Origin: Bacillota bacterium
GTDB lineage: Bacteria > Bacillota > Ch66 > Ch109
Assembly (NCBI GenBank): GCA_050952625.1
Contig: JBMNLH010000001.1
Location: 224,001-288,000, forward strand
Direction: 5' to 3'
Length of the DNA: 64,000 nucleotides
Shown here: in pieces, positions 26,860 to 36,561 of the stretch
How the letters are laid out: the number at the start of each line of letters is the position of its first letter
Numbering within the stretch: position 1 is the first letter of the stretch
The notes under the pieces: generated by a model
Told to the model about the DNA's origin: nothing
What the model saw: the letters and a program-made list of their open reading frames with translations, nothing else
Database searches by the model: none
Position numbers and translations under genes: made by a program

Positions 26860-28143
26860 ATGTTCTGTTACCAGTGTGAACAGACGGCCGGGGGAACTGG
26901 CTGTACTAAAGTAGGGGTTTGTGGCAAGAATGAGGATATAGCCAGCTTGCAGGATACCTTGATTATTGCCCTGAAAGGCATCGCAGCTTATGCCTACCAC
27001 GCCCGGGAACTAGGGGCTTGGGACGAACAGGTAGACGCATTTCTGGCTGAAGGTCTTTTCACCACCCTAACCAACGTGAATTTTAACCTGGATAGCCACA
27101 TTGACTTGCTGCTCAAGGCTGGAGCAGTGAACCTTCGGGCCATGCAAGTTCTGGACAAGGCTAATGTAGATCGCTTTGGCGTTCCAGAACCAACGCCGGT
27201 CGCGGTCGGCACCAAAGCAGGCCCGGGCATCCTGGTGACCGGGCATGACTACCTTGATCTCTATGAGTTGCTCAAACAGACTGAAGGAAAAGGGATCAAC
27301 GTTTATACTCACGGAGAGATGCTGCCGGCACTGGGCTACCCGGAATTGAAAAAATTCCCGCATTTGGTGGGTAACTATGGAACTGCCTGGCAAAACCAAC
27401 GAAAGGAGTTTGAAGCCTTCTCCGGTGCGATCCTGGGGACCACTAACTGTGTGCTGATTCCTAAAGACTCCTACCGGGAGCGGATGTTCACTTGCGGTAT
27501 CGCGGATCTGCCCGGTGTCCTGCACATCAAAGACCGTGACTTTACGCCGGTGATTGAGAAAGCCCTAGCTTTGCCGCCGCTGCCGGAAGAACCCGGACCA
27601 AGGACCGTCACCGGTTTCCACCAGCAAGTCGTACTGGGTTTGGCCGACAAAATAATCGCTGCCATTAAAGCCGGTAAGATTCGGCATTTCTTCCTGGTTG
27701 GTGGTTGTGACGGGGCGAAATCAGGCCGGAATTATTACACTGATTTCGTTAAGCAGATACCTCAGGACTGCGTGGTCCTCACGCTGGGCTGTGGCAAGTA
27801 TCGCTTTAACTATCTTGACCTGGGTGAGATCGACGGAATTCCACGGCTCATCGATCTGGGGCAGTGCAACAATGCCTACTCCGCGATTCGGATCGCCGGT
27901 GCCCTGGCCGAGGCCTTTGACTGTACCGTCAATGACTTGCCGCTAAGCTTGGTGATTTCCTGGTTTGAACAAAAAGCGGTCTCGATCCTGCTGACCTTGC
28001 TGCACCTGGGGATTAAAAACATTCGGCTTGGTCCCAGCCTGCCAGCTTTCATTACGCCGAATGTGCTCAAAGTCCTGCAGGAAAACTATAACCTCCAGCC
28101 CATTACGACTCCGGCGGAGGACTTAAAAGCTATTCTAGGATAA
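26860..28143 (+). CDS. hcp: Hybrid cluster protein (hydroxylamine/NO reductase), short form
   Basis: MFCYQCEQTAGGTGCTKVGVCGK, YTHGEMLP, GGCDG, GCGKYRF, GQCNN, SWFEQKAV. Confidence 0.95.
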   Translation: MFCYQCEQTAGGTGCTKVGVCGKNEDIASLQDTLIIALKGIAAYAYHARELGAWDEQVDAFLAEGLFTTLTNVNFNLDSHIDLLLKAGAVNLRAMQVLDKANVDRFGVPEPTPVAVGTKAGPGILVTGHDYLDLYELLKQTEGKGINVYTHGEMLPALGYPELKKFPHLVGNYGTAWQNQRKEFEAFSGAILGTTNCVLIPKDSYRERMFTCGIADLPGVLHIKDRDFTPVIEKALALPPLPEEPGPRTVTGFHQQVVLGLADKIIAAIKAGKIRHFFLVGGCDGAKSGRNYYTDFVKQIPQDCVVLTLGCGKYRFNYLDLGEIDGIPRLIDLGQCNNAYSAIRIAGALAEAFDCTVNDLPLSLVISWFEQKAVSILLTLLHLGIKNIRLGPSLPAFITPNVLKVLQENYNLQPITTPAEDLKAILG

Positions 28144-28197
28144 GTTCAGGTTCACAGAAGTCTGTTGCTTTCATTTCGTTAATTCAAAATAGTTTTT

Positions 28198-28327
28198 AGT
28201 ATCGTGTCATTCTGAGCGAAGCGAAGAAACCTTCCCACGTTGAGAAGTAAGATCTTTCGCTAACGCTCAGGATGACATATGTTTACTATTTTCATAGGTG
28301 GTTATGTCCTGAAGGCATGGGTAGTTA
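28198..28327 (+). repeat. Composite repeat: intact REP-like module B + module C
   Basis: tgtcattctgagcgaagcgaagaaac-cttcccacgttgagaagtaa-gatctttcgctaacgctcaggatgaca then ttttcataggtggttatgtcctgaaggcatggg. Confidence 0.85.
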
Positions 28328-28635
28328 GTAAAGCAATATTTATGTTAAAATAGATATGTTTTTACTGTGGTGTAGTTATTAGAGAAGCCGGTGTGTTGTT
28401 ATTCCTAAAAATATTCAAACCACCGGCTTGTCCTTAATCTAAATTGCCGGATAGAGTCGGCTTTGAAACAGCTAAACTGCTTAGCTTCTTTTCCGCAAGA
28501 CTTATACTGATTTATGTGTTGATCGTGGTTTTTCTTTCTGATGCTGCTTAGCCGCATATAAGGCACTGTTTCGAAAAAGCGTTATTAACTTTGAAGGACT
28601 CTGGATACTATGATTAAGGAAATTAAGGGGTGGTT

Positions 28636-29154
28636 ATGTTGCAGTGGACCGAGGAGGCCTTGCAGGAAATTGAAAAGGTGCCCTTTTTTGTGCGGAAGAT
28701 GGCTAGAAAAGCGGTTGAAAGCGAGGTTACCAAGGCCGGGAGAACTGAGATCACTGTAGAAGATGTTCGGACCGCTCGGGAGAAGTACATTAAATTTGCC
28801 GAATCAGAACGCAGTTCAAGTAAGAAATCCACCAAAATTGCGGTTGTCCGTTGTGAAACGGTTTCCGAGGTCTGCCCGGGGGTTGCCTGTTTTAAAGCCT
28901 TTAACCAGCGAAAACTGGCTTTTAAAGAATACGGTCCGAATACCGAAATGATTGGTTTTTTCACCTGTGGTGGCTGCTCCGGACGCCGGGTTTCCCGATT
29001 AGTCGAAAAGCTGGTTAAACATGGGCTGGATGTCGTCCACCTTTCGTCATGCATGCTGTTAGATGGGGATTACCCTAGCTGCCCGCACCGGGATCAGATT
29101 AAACAAAGCATTGAAAAAAAAGGAATAAAGGTGGTCGAAGGAACACACCATTGA
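28636..29154 (+). CDS. PCP-reductase-like N-terminal domain + CGGC domain protein
   Basis: WTEEALQEIEKVPFFVRKMAR; CPGVAC, TCGGC, HLSSC, CPH, GTHH. Confidence 0.88.
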   Translation: MLQWTEEALQEIEKVPFFVRKMARKAVESEVTKAGRTEITVEDVRTAREKYIKFAESERSSSKKSTKIAVVRCETVSEVCPGVACFKAFNQRKLAFKEYGPNTEMIGFFTCGGCSGRRVSRLVEKLVKHGLDVVHLSSCMLLDGDYPSCPHRDQIKQSIEKKGIKVVEGTHH

Positions 29155-29307
29155 TTTGAGGCTCAGGGGGAGTCTGATGATCCAGAGAAAATTAAGGGCG
29201 TCAGCTTCTTGTCTTGTAATAGCGTAAGCAGTTATTAGGCAATGAATCCTTGAAACAGGAATTCTTTGGGTTTTTGTCTATGAAGAAAGGAATGGAGCAG
29301 ATACTCG

Positions 29308-29979
29308 GTGTCAAGAGTGATGGTTTTTGCGCCCCATCCCGATGATGATTTGATCGGTTGCGGGGGTAGCATAGTTAAGCACCTTCAATGCGGGAATACA
29401 GTTACGGTTGTTTATCTGACTTCCGGGGAGTCAGGTAGTTTAAAGTACAGCAAAACAGAACTGGCTCAAATTCGTGAAGCCGAAGCAGTCCGCGCCGCCA
29501 CGCTACTCGGCCTCACGGACATAATATTTCTGCGAAACCCTGACGGCTACCTGGAATTTAACCGGGATAACCTGATCCGGATCACCGGTCTAATCAGAGA
29601 TAAACAACCGAACATTGTCTATTTACCCCACAACCAGGATTTGCACAAGGACCACCTCCGAACCAATGAACTGGTGCTTGAAGCTTGCAATCGGGCAGTC
29701 GGTCCCTGGTTTCAGGAGTGTACCGGTGAGCCCTGGTCTGTGGATACTATCCTAGGTTATGAAGTCTGGACGCCGTTAATCAATGTTTCTTACGTTGAAG
29801 ACATTACTCCTTACCTGGAACAAAAAATTGCCGCCCTGCGTTTGCATGAATCCCAACTTCAAGATATCCAATACGACGAAGCGGTTCGGAGCTTAAACCG
29901 GTATCGAGGGATCATGACTGGTAAGGGCCAGTATTGTGAGTGCTTCCAGATTCTTAAAGTGAGTGAATTATATGGATAA
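29308..29979 (+). CDS. PIG-L/LmbE family N-acetyl-sugar deacetylase
   Basis: APHPDDD, LTSGE, IREAEA, HKDH, HESQ. Confidence 0.9.
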   Translation: MSRVMVFAPHPDDDLIGCGGSIVKHLQCGNTVTVVYLTSGESGSLKYSKTELAQIREAEAVRAATLLGLTDIIFLRNPDGYLEFNRDNLIRITGLIRDKQPNIVYLPHNQDLHKDHLRTNELVLEACNRAVGPWFQECTGEPWSVDTILGYEVWTPLINVSYVEDITPYLEQKIAALRLHESQLQDIQYDEAVRSLNRYRGIMTGKGQYCECFQILKVSELYG

Positions 29980-31045
29980 GAATAAGTTGCTGATGATCAC
30001 ACCCTTCTCCAAGAGCCAGCGGGGCAACAGTCTGACGGTCGCCAGGCTTCGTCATGGCTTACAGGGGAGGGGTTTTTTAGTGGAGGTATTATCTTTGGAG
30101 GAATCAGCTTGGCAAAGGTCATTAACCGCTATGACCCGGGAAAAACAGTACGTTTTGATCCACGGTTTTCATGGCTACTATTTTGGGCAGGTGTTGGCAA
30201 AAGTACCTGAGATAAAACAATTTCCTCTAATCTTAACTGCTACCGGCACTGACCTGAATTACTACTTGAACTTAACCGGAACAGAGGTTAACCTGGTTTA
30301 TCATGCCTTCCGGGCGGCTAATAAAATCGTCGTCTTTAATGAAGAATTTAACGAAATGCTTCGGAGCTTAGACTCAGATCTAGCTGCTAAGCTAATTACC
30401 ATCCCTCAAGGAGTGTGTCTGCCGGGTGATAAATCTGGCAACTTAAGCCGGAATAAATCCAGCCAACGCTGGGATCTGCGATTGACTGAGGAAAATATTG
30501 TGTTTGTCATGCCCAGCGGTCTAAGAAAAATAAAAAACATTGAATTGGCGATCAATGCTTTAGAGAAAGTCCATGCAGATTTCCCTCAAATTCGGTTAGT
30601 GTTGCTGGGGGCAGTAATCGAGGCAGACTACTATGGCAGCCTGCTAAAACGAATCAAGGAACTTGAATGGGTCAGTTATCTTGGTGAAGTTCCCCATGAT
30701 GAAGTCAGAAGTATCCTGTCATTGGGGGACATTGTCTTGAATACCTCTGATTCTGAGGGCCAGCCTCAGGGTGCCCTGGAGGCGATGAGTCTGGGCCTGC
30801 CGGCCATCCTGTCAGCGGTCCCCGGCAACTTGAATCTGATAGAAGCGGGAGTAGAGGGTTTTTACATCCGGACTGAAAAAGAGTTAATTGAGGCAGCCAA
30901 GACCCTAATCAACAATCCTAGTTTAAGGAAACAAATGGGTGCAGCGGCCAGGAGGCTGGTTGAGGCCAGGTTTAGCGTCAAAAAGGAGTTGGCTGCCTAC
31001 AGCGAGCTATACCACCAACTTCTAGCGTATAGGCCAAAGCAGTGA
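29972..31045 (+). CDS. GT-B (family 4) glycosyltransferase, SenB/GLT1D1-like N-terminus
   Basis: GNSLTVARL, HGFH, TGTDL, LRKIKN, NTSDSEGQPQGALEAMSLG; overlaps deacetylase stop. Confidence 0.85.
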   Translation: MDKNKLLMITPFSKSQRGNSLTVARLRHGLQGRGFLVEVLSLEESAWQRSLTAMTREKQYVLIHGFHGYYFGQVLAKVPEIKQFPLILTATGTDLNYYLNLTGTEVNLVYHAFRAANKIVVFNEEFNEMLRSLDSDLAAKLITIPQGVCLPGDKSGNLSRNKSSQRWDLRLTEENIVFVMPSGLRKIKNIELAINALEKVHADFPQIRLVLLGAVIEADYYGSLLKRIKELEWVSYLGEVPHDEVRSILSLGDIVLNTSDSEGQPQGALEAMSLGLPAILSAVPGNLNLIEAGVEGFYIRTEKELIEAAKTLINNPSLRKQMGAAARRLVEARFSVKKELAAYSELYHQLLAYRPKQ

Positions 31046-31149
31046 AGAATCTTGACGGTATCCTGTTCATACTCTGTTAGTGTCGCCACGCGGCCTCGGG
31101 GCTACTTTGTGTATTCATTTTCTGATGGTGCTGTTAGCGGCATGGGGGT

Positions 31150-31854
31150 CTATTTTACCCTAGTTACTGCCGTTTTTTTCTTATTTAGATAGTAGCCGAT
31201 AGCAAGGACCAGGATTAACGTGATGACCGGGACGATAATCTCGAAGAAGGGAATGAAGCAGCCTGCCTCACGTAAAATAATTGGATCTTCGGCGATCATC
31301 CGGCCGCCAGTCCAGGCTAATACTCCGCCCCCAAGGTAAATGATAAATGGAAAACTTTCCATCAACCGCAGAATAAAGGTACTTCCCCACACAATTATCG
31401 GAATGCTAATTGCCAGCCCAAACATAACCATTAGTATGCTGCCGCGGGCTGCTCCCGCTATCGCGATGACATTATCAATCCCCATAAAGAGATCAGCCAA
31501 AATGATAATTCTAATGGCATCTAGGATATTCTTACCGGATTTTATTCCGCCGGCTTTGTCGGTCCCGTCTTGATTATCGTTTAACAACAGCTTAAACGCA
31601 ATCCAGACTAGCATTAATCCCCCGATAAATTGTAATAACGGTATGTTTAACAGATAGAGGGCTGCAGCGGTTAAGGAAACTCGGACTCCTACTGCCCCTA
31701 CTGTTCCCCAGATAATGGCGGTCTTTCGTTGTTCCGGTGGAAGCGATTTAGCCGCCAGGGCAATGACTATCGCATTATCGCCTCCTAATACCAGGTCTAT
31801 CACGACAATGCTAAACAGGGCAACAATTGTTTCGGTACCAGTCAAAATAAACAA
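31150..31854 (-). CDS. TerC-family (YjbE-like) membrane protein
   Basis: IDLVLGGDNAIVIALA, ADLFMGIDNVIAIAGAA, GLAISIPIIVWGS. Confidence 0.9.
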   Translation of the reverse strand: MFILTGTETIVALFSIVVIDLVLGGDNAIVIALAAKSLPPEQRKTAIIWGTVGAVGVRVSLTAAALYLLNIPLLQFIGGLMLVWIAFKLLLNDNQDGTDKAGGIKSGKNILDAIRIIILADLFMGIDNVIAIAGAARGSILMVMFGLAISIPIIVWGSTFILRLMESFPFIIYLGGGVLAWTGGRMIAEDPIILREAGCFIPFFEIIVPVITLILVLAIGYYLNKKKTAVTRVK

Positions 31855-32050
31855 CTCCTATTTGTTGCTTGCGTTATAACTTGGTTCCAACCCCTTCTTA
31901 ACGTCGTTCCGGCTTCTCTCTAGATTATATTCATAATGCTATTCAACAGTCCAAGATAAACCTTCAAGCTCGTGCAGCATTCTCTTGTATTGACGCCTTT
32001 AATAGTCTAGGATACTATCATCTATAAGATTTTGTTTCGGGAGGTAGAAT

Positions 32051-32434
32051 GTGTTTAACGATATGTTAACAGATGCGTATCATTTTAAGGTGTGCCATGA
32101 CGAGGTTAAACCCTGGGAGGCAAGCCAAATAACCTGCTTTAATCAAGATAATCAAGAAATTGGCAGGCTACAATTCACTGGACCTGAATACGATTACTGT
32201 GTACGGATTGAAGATTTATATGTCAAGCCTGATTGTAGACGCCAAGGTGTTGGTAGCGCGATGCTTAATTATTTAATCAAGCGAAACCCAGCGGTTCCGA
32301 TTTTTGTGAATATAGTACCTGTTTATCGAGGTGTAGATCTGAATGGATTAATTGAATTCTACACGGTTAACGGTTTTTATGTGAAAAGAACGTCGACTAT
32401 TCAGGCTGAAGGATATTTTAATTTTGGGGATTGA
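32051..32434 (+). CDS. GNAT-family acetyltransferase
   Basis: LYVKPDCRRQGVGSAML, FY..NGF; RBS GGGAGG. Confidence 0.8.
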   Translation: MFNDMLTDAYHFKVCHDEVKPWEASQITCFNQDNQEIGRLQFTGPEYDYCVRIEDLYVKPDCRRQGVGSAMLNYLIKRNPAVPIFVNIVPVYRGVDLNGLIEFYTVNGFYVKRTSTIQAEGYFNFGD

Positions 32435-32440
32435 TGAAAG

Positions 32441-32677
32441 ATGATTCATTTAATCACAGTATATCCTCCAGAAGACCTCTTTCTTGAGGATGTACTTAAA
32501 CAGGCCGGAATTTCCGTCATCAAGATTAGGGAAGCCATTGGGACTGTCCATGGTATAAGTATTGGTCCTCTAGCCGAGATAAAATTGTATGTTCCAAAAG
32601 CACAAGAGCAAGCAGCTAATGAGATTATCAGAGATATAGAAAAATTTTCGATATGCAATAATAACGAAAGCGATTAA
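32441..32677 (+). CDS. DUF2007-like small protein
   Basis: LKQAGI...EAIGTVHGISIGPLAEIKLYVP...A.EII pattern. Confidence 0.7.
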   Translation: MIHLITVYPPEDLFLEDVLKQAGISVIKIREAIGTVHGISIGPLAEIKLYVPKAQEQAANEIIRDIEKFSICNNNESD

Positions 32678-32707
32678 AACAAAATCCAAAAATGGGAGGC
32701 AGTAAAT

Positions 32708-33016
32708 ATGTGGTTAGCCGAGGAAATGATTAAATTTTTTGATTTTCCTCCTTTACAAGGCACAGACAACCAAGTCGCCGTGGCAGAAAAAATACGAGTC
32801 AGGATCTTGCTTGATTTGATTGATGAAATAGCTCGGCGGCACCAAAATTCGGTAAGTAAATTTGGTGATGAACTTTACCAAAAAATTTTTCAGTTAATTC
32901 AGGAGAATTCGATACCAGAAAGCAATGTTTTCTGGGAGATTAGTCGACAAGATTGGGCAATTTGGTGGATCGAAAATCGATTTAGCACAGTTGCAGACTT
33001 CCTGGGGCATATATAA
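32708..33016 (+). CDS. Hypothetical protein (LQGTDNQVAVAEKIR...WWIENR)
   Basis: RBS GGGAGG; resembles small L.GSEKQ..WA..IR/WWID proteins of mobile DNA. Confidence 0.6.
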   Translation: MWLAEEMIKFFDFPPLQGTDNQVAVAEKIRVRILLDLIDEIARRHQNSVSKFGDELYQKIFQLIQENSIPESNVFWEISRQDWAIWWIENRFSTVADFLGHI

Positions 33017-33869
33017 AACAGACAAACATTATGTTTGGAAATTACCGATCAGTTTTCAATCTGTAAAACTTCGGATTCAATCTGTTTTCTCGCTTCCAGC
33101 CCCGGTAATTTCAGGATGGACCGGTCGTTGCTCCCGGTCCAAATTCACCGGAAGCTCTGCTGTCGAATTTTGTTGTTCTTTAGGATTTTATATTTCTTGC
33201 CTTTTATCTTTCCCGCATGTTATTATAGGGTCAACCTGATAGATTATTTTGAAAATGAAGTACAAATCTTTAAACTCGTTTTATTCTTACTAATAGTTGG
33301 CAATAGCCAATTTTTGCATTAGTACATCAGCCCACTTTTTATTAAAGCATTTTTAATATTAACACTATTGAGTTTAAAAAAAATCATCGTAATTTTTTGA
33401 ATAATAAGAGGAATTAGAAAGAATGCGTCGAATATATATTTATAAATAGAAGGGTACTTAGCTTTAACCACTAAGACGTTATCTAAATGCCAATAATCAT
33501 TCAAGTAGTGGAAGCTTTAAAAGAATAGGAAAGGAGGTGGGAGCCGGGGCCCCGACCCTTAAGGATTCGACAATCGTACCGTTATGGAATCTGGTGATTA
33601 ATTCTGCATCATAACATTTTAAGTTAATACGAAACTCTCAACTCCTCATTGGCCAGTGTGTAGGAATTCATCGGGGGTCCCTTCAAACAAATAACAAACA
33701 AAAAAGGGGGTGGATAAATGGAGAGAGCTTCTCCCGGGTAATCTGCTAGGGAACTGGCAGATTGGTAACCATTTTTATTTTTATTGCATTATGATTTTTA
33801 TTGTGTGAATCTTTTGTTTCTTCTAAATCAAATGATTAATCCTTTAAATATTTAGAAGGGGGTTATGAT

Positions 33870-34469
33870 ATGTCAGATCATGAACACGTATTTGCGAATC
33901 CAGCCCCGGCGGGGTTGATTGCCCTGGCGATGGCGTGCTGGACTTTCTGGGCGATGTATACTGGACGGGTAACTGGTGATGCGGCACCGGTTCTGGCTTG
34001 CTGGATGGTTGGCGGCGGCCTGGTCCAATATGTGGTAGGGATGTTTGAATTAAGAAACGGTGTTCAGTTAGGTGGTAACGTGTTCTTGTTCTTTGGTGCT
34101 TTCTTTATGTTTGTTACCGCTTTGAGTCTGATGACCAAGTATTTGCTGGCTAAAAATGGTATGCCAATGGACGCAAGAATCGAAGGTTATGCCTGGATGG
34201 CTTGTGCAATCGGTTTAATCGGATTTACCCCAGCATACCTTAAGGGTCCCAAATTGATGTTCCTCTTGGTTGTCATCGTGGATATTTGTCTAGTTTTCAT
34301 TGCTTTAATAGATATGGCTGCGGTTCCGAAAGCAGTCTATGCTCCTCCTGTTGGCTGGATGCTCTTCTTAGTCGGAGTTATGGGTCTATACCTGTCAACG
34401 GCAGTGATGCTTAATACAGCTTTTGGCAAGTCTGTATTACCGACTACCACTCCGTTTATCACTGGCTAA
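33870..34469 (+). CDS. AceTr (GPR1/FUN34/YaaH, SatP-like) carboxylate channel
   Basis: N-terminal ANPAPAGL signature and six hydrophobic segments. Confidence 0.85.
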   Translation: MSDHEHVFANPAPAGLIALAMACWTFWAMYTGRVTGDAAPVLACWMVGGGLVQYVVGMFELRNGVQLGGNVFLFFGAFFMFVTALSLMTKYLLAKNGMPMDARIEGYAWMACAIGLIGFTPAYLKGPKLMFLLVVIVDICLVFIALIDMAAVPKAVYAPPVGWMLFLVGVMGLYLSTAVMLNTAFGKSVLPTTTPFITG

Positions 34470-34586
34470 GAAGATTGGTGCTTAAGCCTATTAATGTCAG
34501 TGGGCTATTATCCTTGCGATTTGTGAAAATTATCTGTCTTTTGAATTACCATTAAATTAACTAATTATGAATAGTTGATTAAACAC

Positions 34587-34638
34587 GGGGATAGGACTTC
34601 GTAAACTACGAAAGTTCTATCCCTGAGTTTTTTATTTG
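34587..34638 (+). terminator. Intrinsic terminator
   Basis: ggggataggacttcgt aaact acgaaagttctatccct followed by T-tract. Confidence 0.65.
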
Positions 34639-34651
34639 ATTCTTACACAGC

Positions 34652-34679
34652 TAAAGATTTGACGGGTTTTTTCCGATAT
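34652..34679 (+). promoter_or_regulatory. sigma28 (SigD/FliA) promoter
   Basis: TAAA-N16-TCCGATAT. Confidence 0.7.
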
Positions 34680-34720
34680 TAGTATTAATCAGCAAATTTA
34701 GAAAATGGGGGCGGTCAGGA

Positions 34721-35788
34721 GTGAAAATTGACAGTTCAATTATTTCGATGACCAGTCAGCAAAGCGTTTATCAAGAATACAACAAACGCGAGACCCTAAG
34801 AGTCTGGACGGCTCCCGGTCAGCCGAATTTGGCGAAGCAGGGATCAAGCTTGCAACCAGTGGCGGCTAATTATACCTTGGAATTATCGCCGGAGGCCTTA
34901 GAGGCATTGCAGCAAAATTCGGAAGAGATTGAGATCGATATCGAAGCCGAATTACCGGAAAAAGACAAACAAAGGATTATGGTATTGCAGAAAATGCTGA
35001 GTTTACTTACCGGGAAGGAATTTAAGTTTGTTCTGCCGAAGAAAATTAGAATTAACCCTAACTCGGCTACTTTAAAATTGGGAGTCAGACAAATCAGCGG
35101 GAATGGACCGCAGCGGTTGGGATGGGGACTGGAGTATACTCGGTATGAATCTTACCGAGAAAGTGAACGACTGTCTTTTAATGCTTCAGGGATTATTAAG
35201 ACTGCTGACGGCCGAGAGATTGTTTTTACCACTGAGTTGAACATGAGCCGGCAATTCGTGCAGGAAAACAATATTGCGATACGGGCTGGCGATGCTCCTT
35301 TAACTGATCCCTTGATTATTAACTATAAAGGGGCCGCGGCTGAACTGACTACAACCAAATTTAGTTTTGATTTAGATACAGATGGCCTAATGGATCAGAT
35401 TTCTTTTGTCAAAGGAGGCAGTGGCTTCTTGGCCCTGGATCGAAATGGCGACGGTGTGATCAATAATGGCAGTGAATTGTTCGGCCCGAAAACCGGTAAT
35501 GGGTTTGCAGAATTAGGTCAATATGACGTTGACGGTAACGGTTGGATAGACGAATCTGATCCGATCTACCAGCAGTTATGCATTTGGACCAAGGATGCCG
35601 AGGGAAAAGATTGTCTGTTGGCCCTAGGCCAAGTAGGGGTAGGGGCCATTTATCTGGGTCATCTGGCGGCCGGTTTTAGCTACAAAGACGAAGACAATCA
35701 ATTGTTGGGGGTAGCGCGAAAGGCCGGCATCTTTGTCCGTGAAAACGGCACAGTCGGAACAGTGCAGCAGGTCGATTTGGCGATATAG
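34721..35788 (+). CDS. Conserved hypothetical protein with DxDxDG Ca-binding-like repeats
   Basis: DPLIIN, FDLDTDG, LALDRNGDGVINNGSELFG, YDVDGNGWIDESD, GVGAIYL, QQVDL. Confidence 0.8.
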   Translation: MKIDSSIISMTSQQSVYQEYNKRETLRVWTAPGQPNLAKQGSSLQPVAANYTLELSPEALEALQQNSEEIEIDIEAELPEKDKQRIMVLQKMLSLLTGKEFKFVLPKKIRINPNSATLKLGVRQISGNGPQRLGWGLEYTRYESYRESERLSFNASGIIKTADGREIVFTTELNMSRQFVQENNIAIRAGDAPLTDPLIINYKGAAAELTTTKFSFDLDTDGLMDQISFVKGGSGFLALDRNGDGVINNGSELFGPKTGNGFAELGQYDVDGNGWIDESDPIYQQLCIWTKDAEGKDCLLALGQVGVGAIYLGHLAAGFSYKDEDNQLLGVARKAGIFVRENGTVGTVQQVDLAI

Positions 35789-36000
35789 GCGAGAGAATGA
35801 GTAGGTTTTATTTTGTTTATTAACTTAAGGTCGATAGGGGTAACTTTTCAGGATTTTTTCGGGATAATGTCTATTAGAAGTAGTGTGGTTTAGACCGAGA
35901 TAAATATATTATGTTATGCAATTATACGATATGAACATATTATGGTATTTTAATGGAATTATAAGCTTTCAGAGTTTTTTTTGAGTCAGGGGCAGAGGTT

Positions 36001-36561
36001 ATGGATTTAAGGATACATCAGCAGTTTGGACAAATAGGACTTAATATTAAGAAACCATTTCTCAACCTGGAAATAAGGCCTCAACGTTTTGAAGTCAAGA
36101 CTAGCTTGCCGAAAGTATCAATCCACCATGAATTAGTCCCCCTGAAGATCGATCAGCAAGAATTTTTTGCTACCCTGGGTTACCGAAATTTACGACAGAT
36201 TGCCCAACATTTTTTAAGCATTGCCAAGAGTGCAGTCCTGGAGGGTATAGGACGCAGGGCGGCTGAAGGTGATATGCTGGGGGCAATTGAGAAGAATATT
36301 AGTGTAGCCGATATTGCTCGGATGAACGCTGATAGATACGTAGAGTCTAATCTGGTTTTTCCGGGACCTGCGCCAGCCCCAGAGGTTGATGTTCCTCGGG
36401 TCCCAGTCAAAGTGGACGTGGAACCGGGCCGGCTTGATGTCAACAATGTAAAAGGAAACGTCAAGGTGAAACTGGATTGGGGGCAAGTAAATGTCTATCT
36501 GAAGCAAAAGCCCTACCTACAGTTGGAGTATACCGGTAAAATGATTGATACTGTAGTGTAA
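36001..36561 (+). CDS. DUF6470/YviE-like flagellar-locus protein
   Basis: IHQQFGQIG..IDQ..EGIGRRAAEGDML..V.VYLKQKP pattern. Confidence 0.7.
   Translation: MDLRIHQQFGQIGLNIKKPFLNLEIRPQRFEVKTSLPKVSIHHELVPLKIDQQEFFATLGYRNLRQIAQHFLSIAKSAVLEGIGRRAAEGDMLGAIEKNISVADIARMNADRYVESNLVFPGPAPAPEVDVPRVPVKVDVEPGRLDVNNVKGNVKVKLDWGQVNVYLKQKPYLQLEYTGKMIDTVV

Noticed and set aside
31855-32000. yybP-ykoY (Mn) riboswitch expected upstream of TerC-family gene
   Set aside because: Could not see the conserved motif on the minus strand
32925-33504. ORFs 32925-33239, 33035-33322 and 33319-33504
   Set aside because: No RBS, atypical composition, mutually overlapping; probably spurious or decayed DNA
33505-33869. sigma54 promoter, riboswitch or leader peptide (MERASPG) upstream of the AceTr gene
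   Set aside because: Best GG/GC spacing is 11 rather than 10 nt; no recognisable aptamer; 7-codon ORF unsupported
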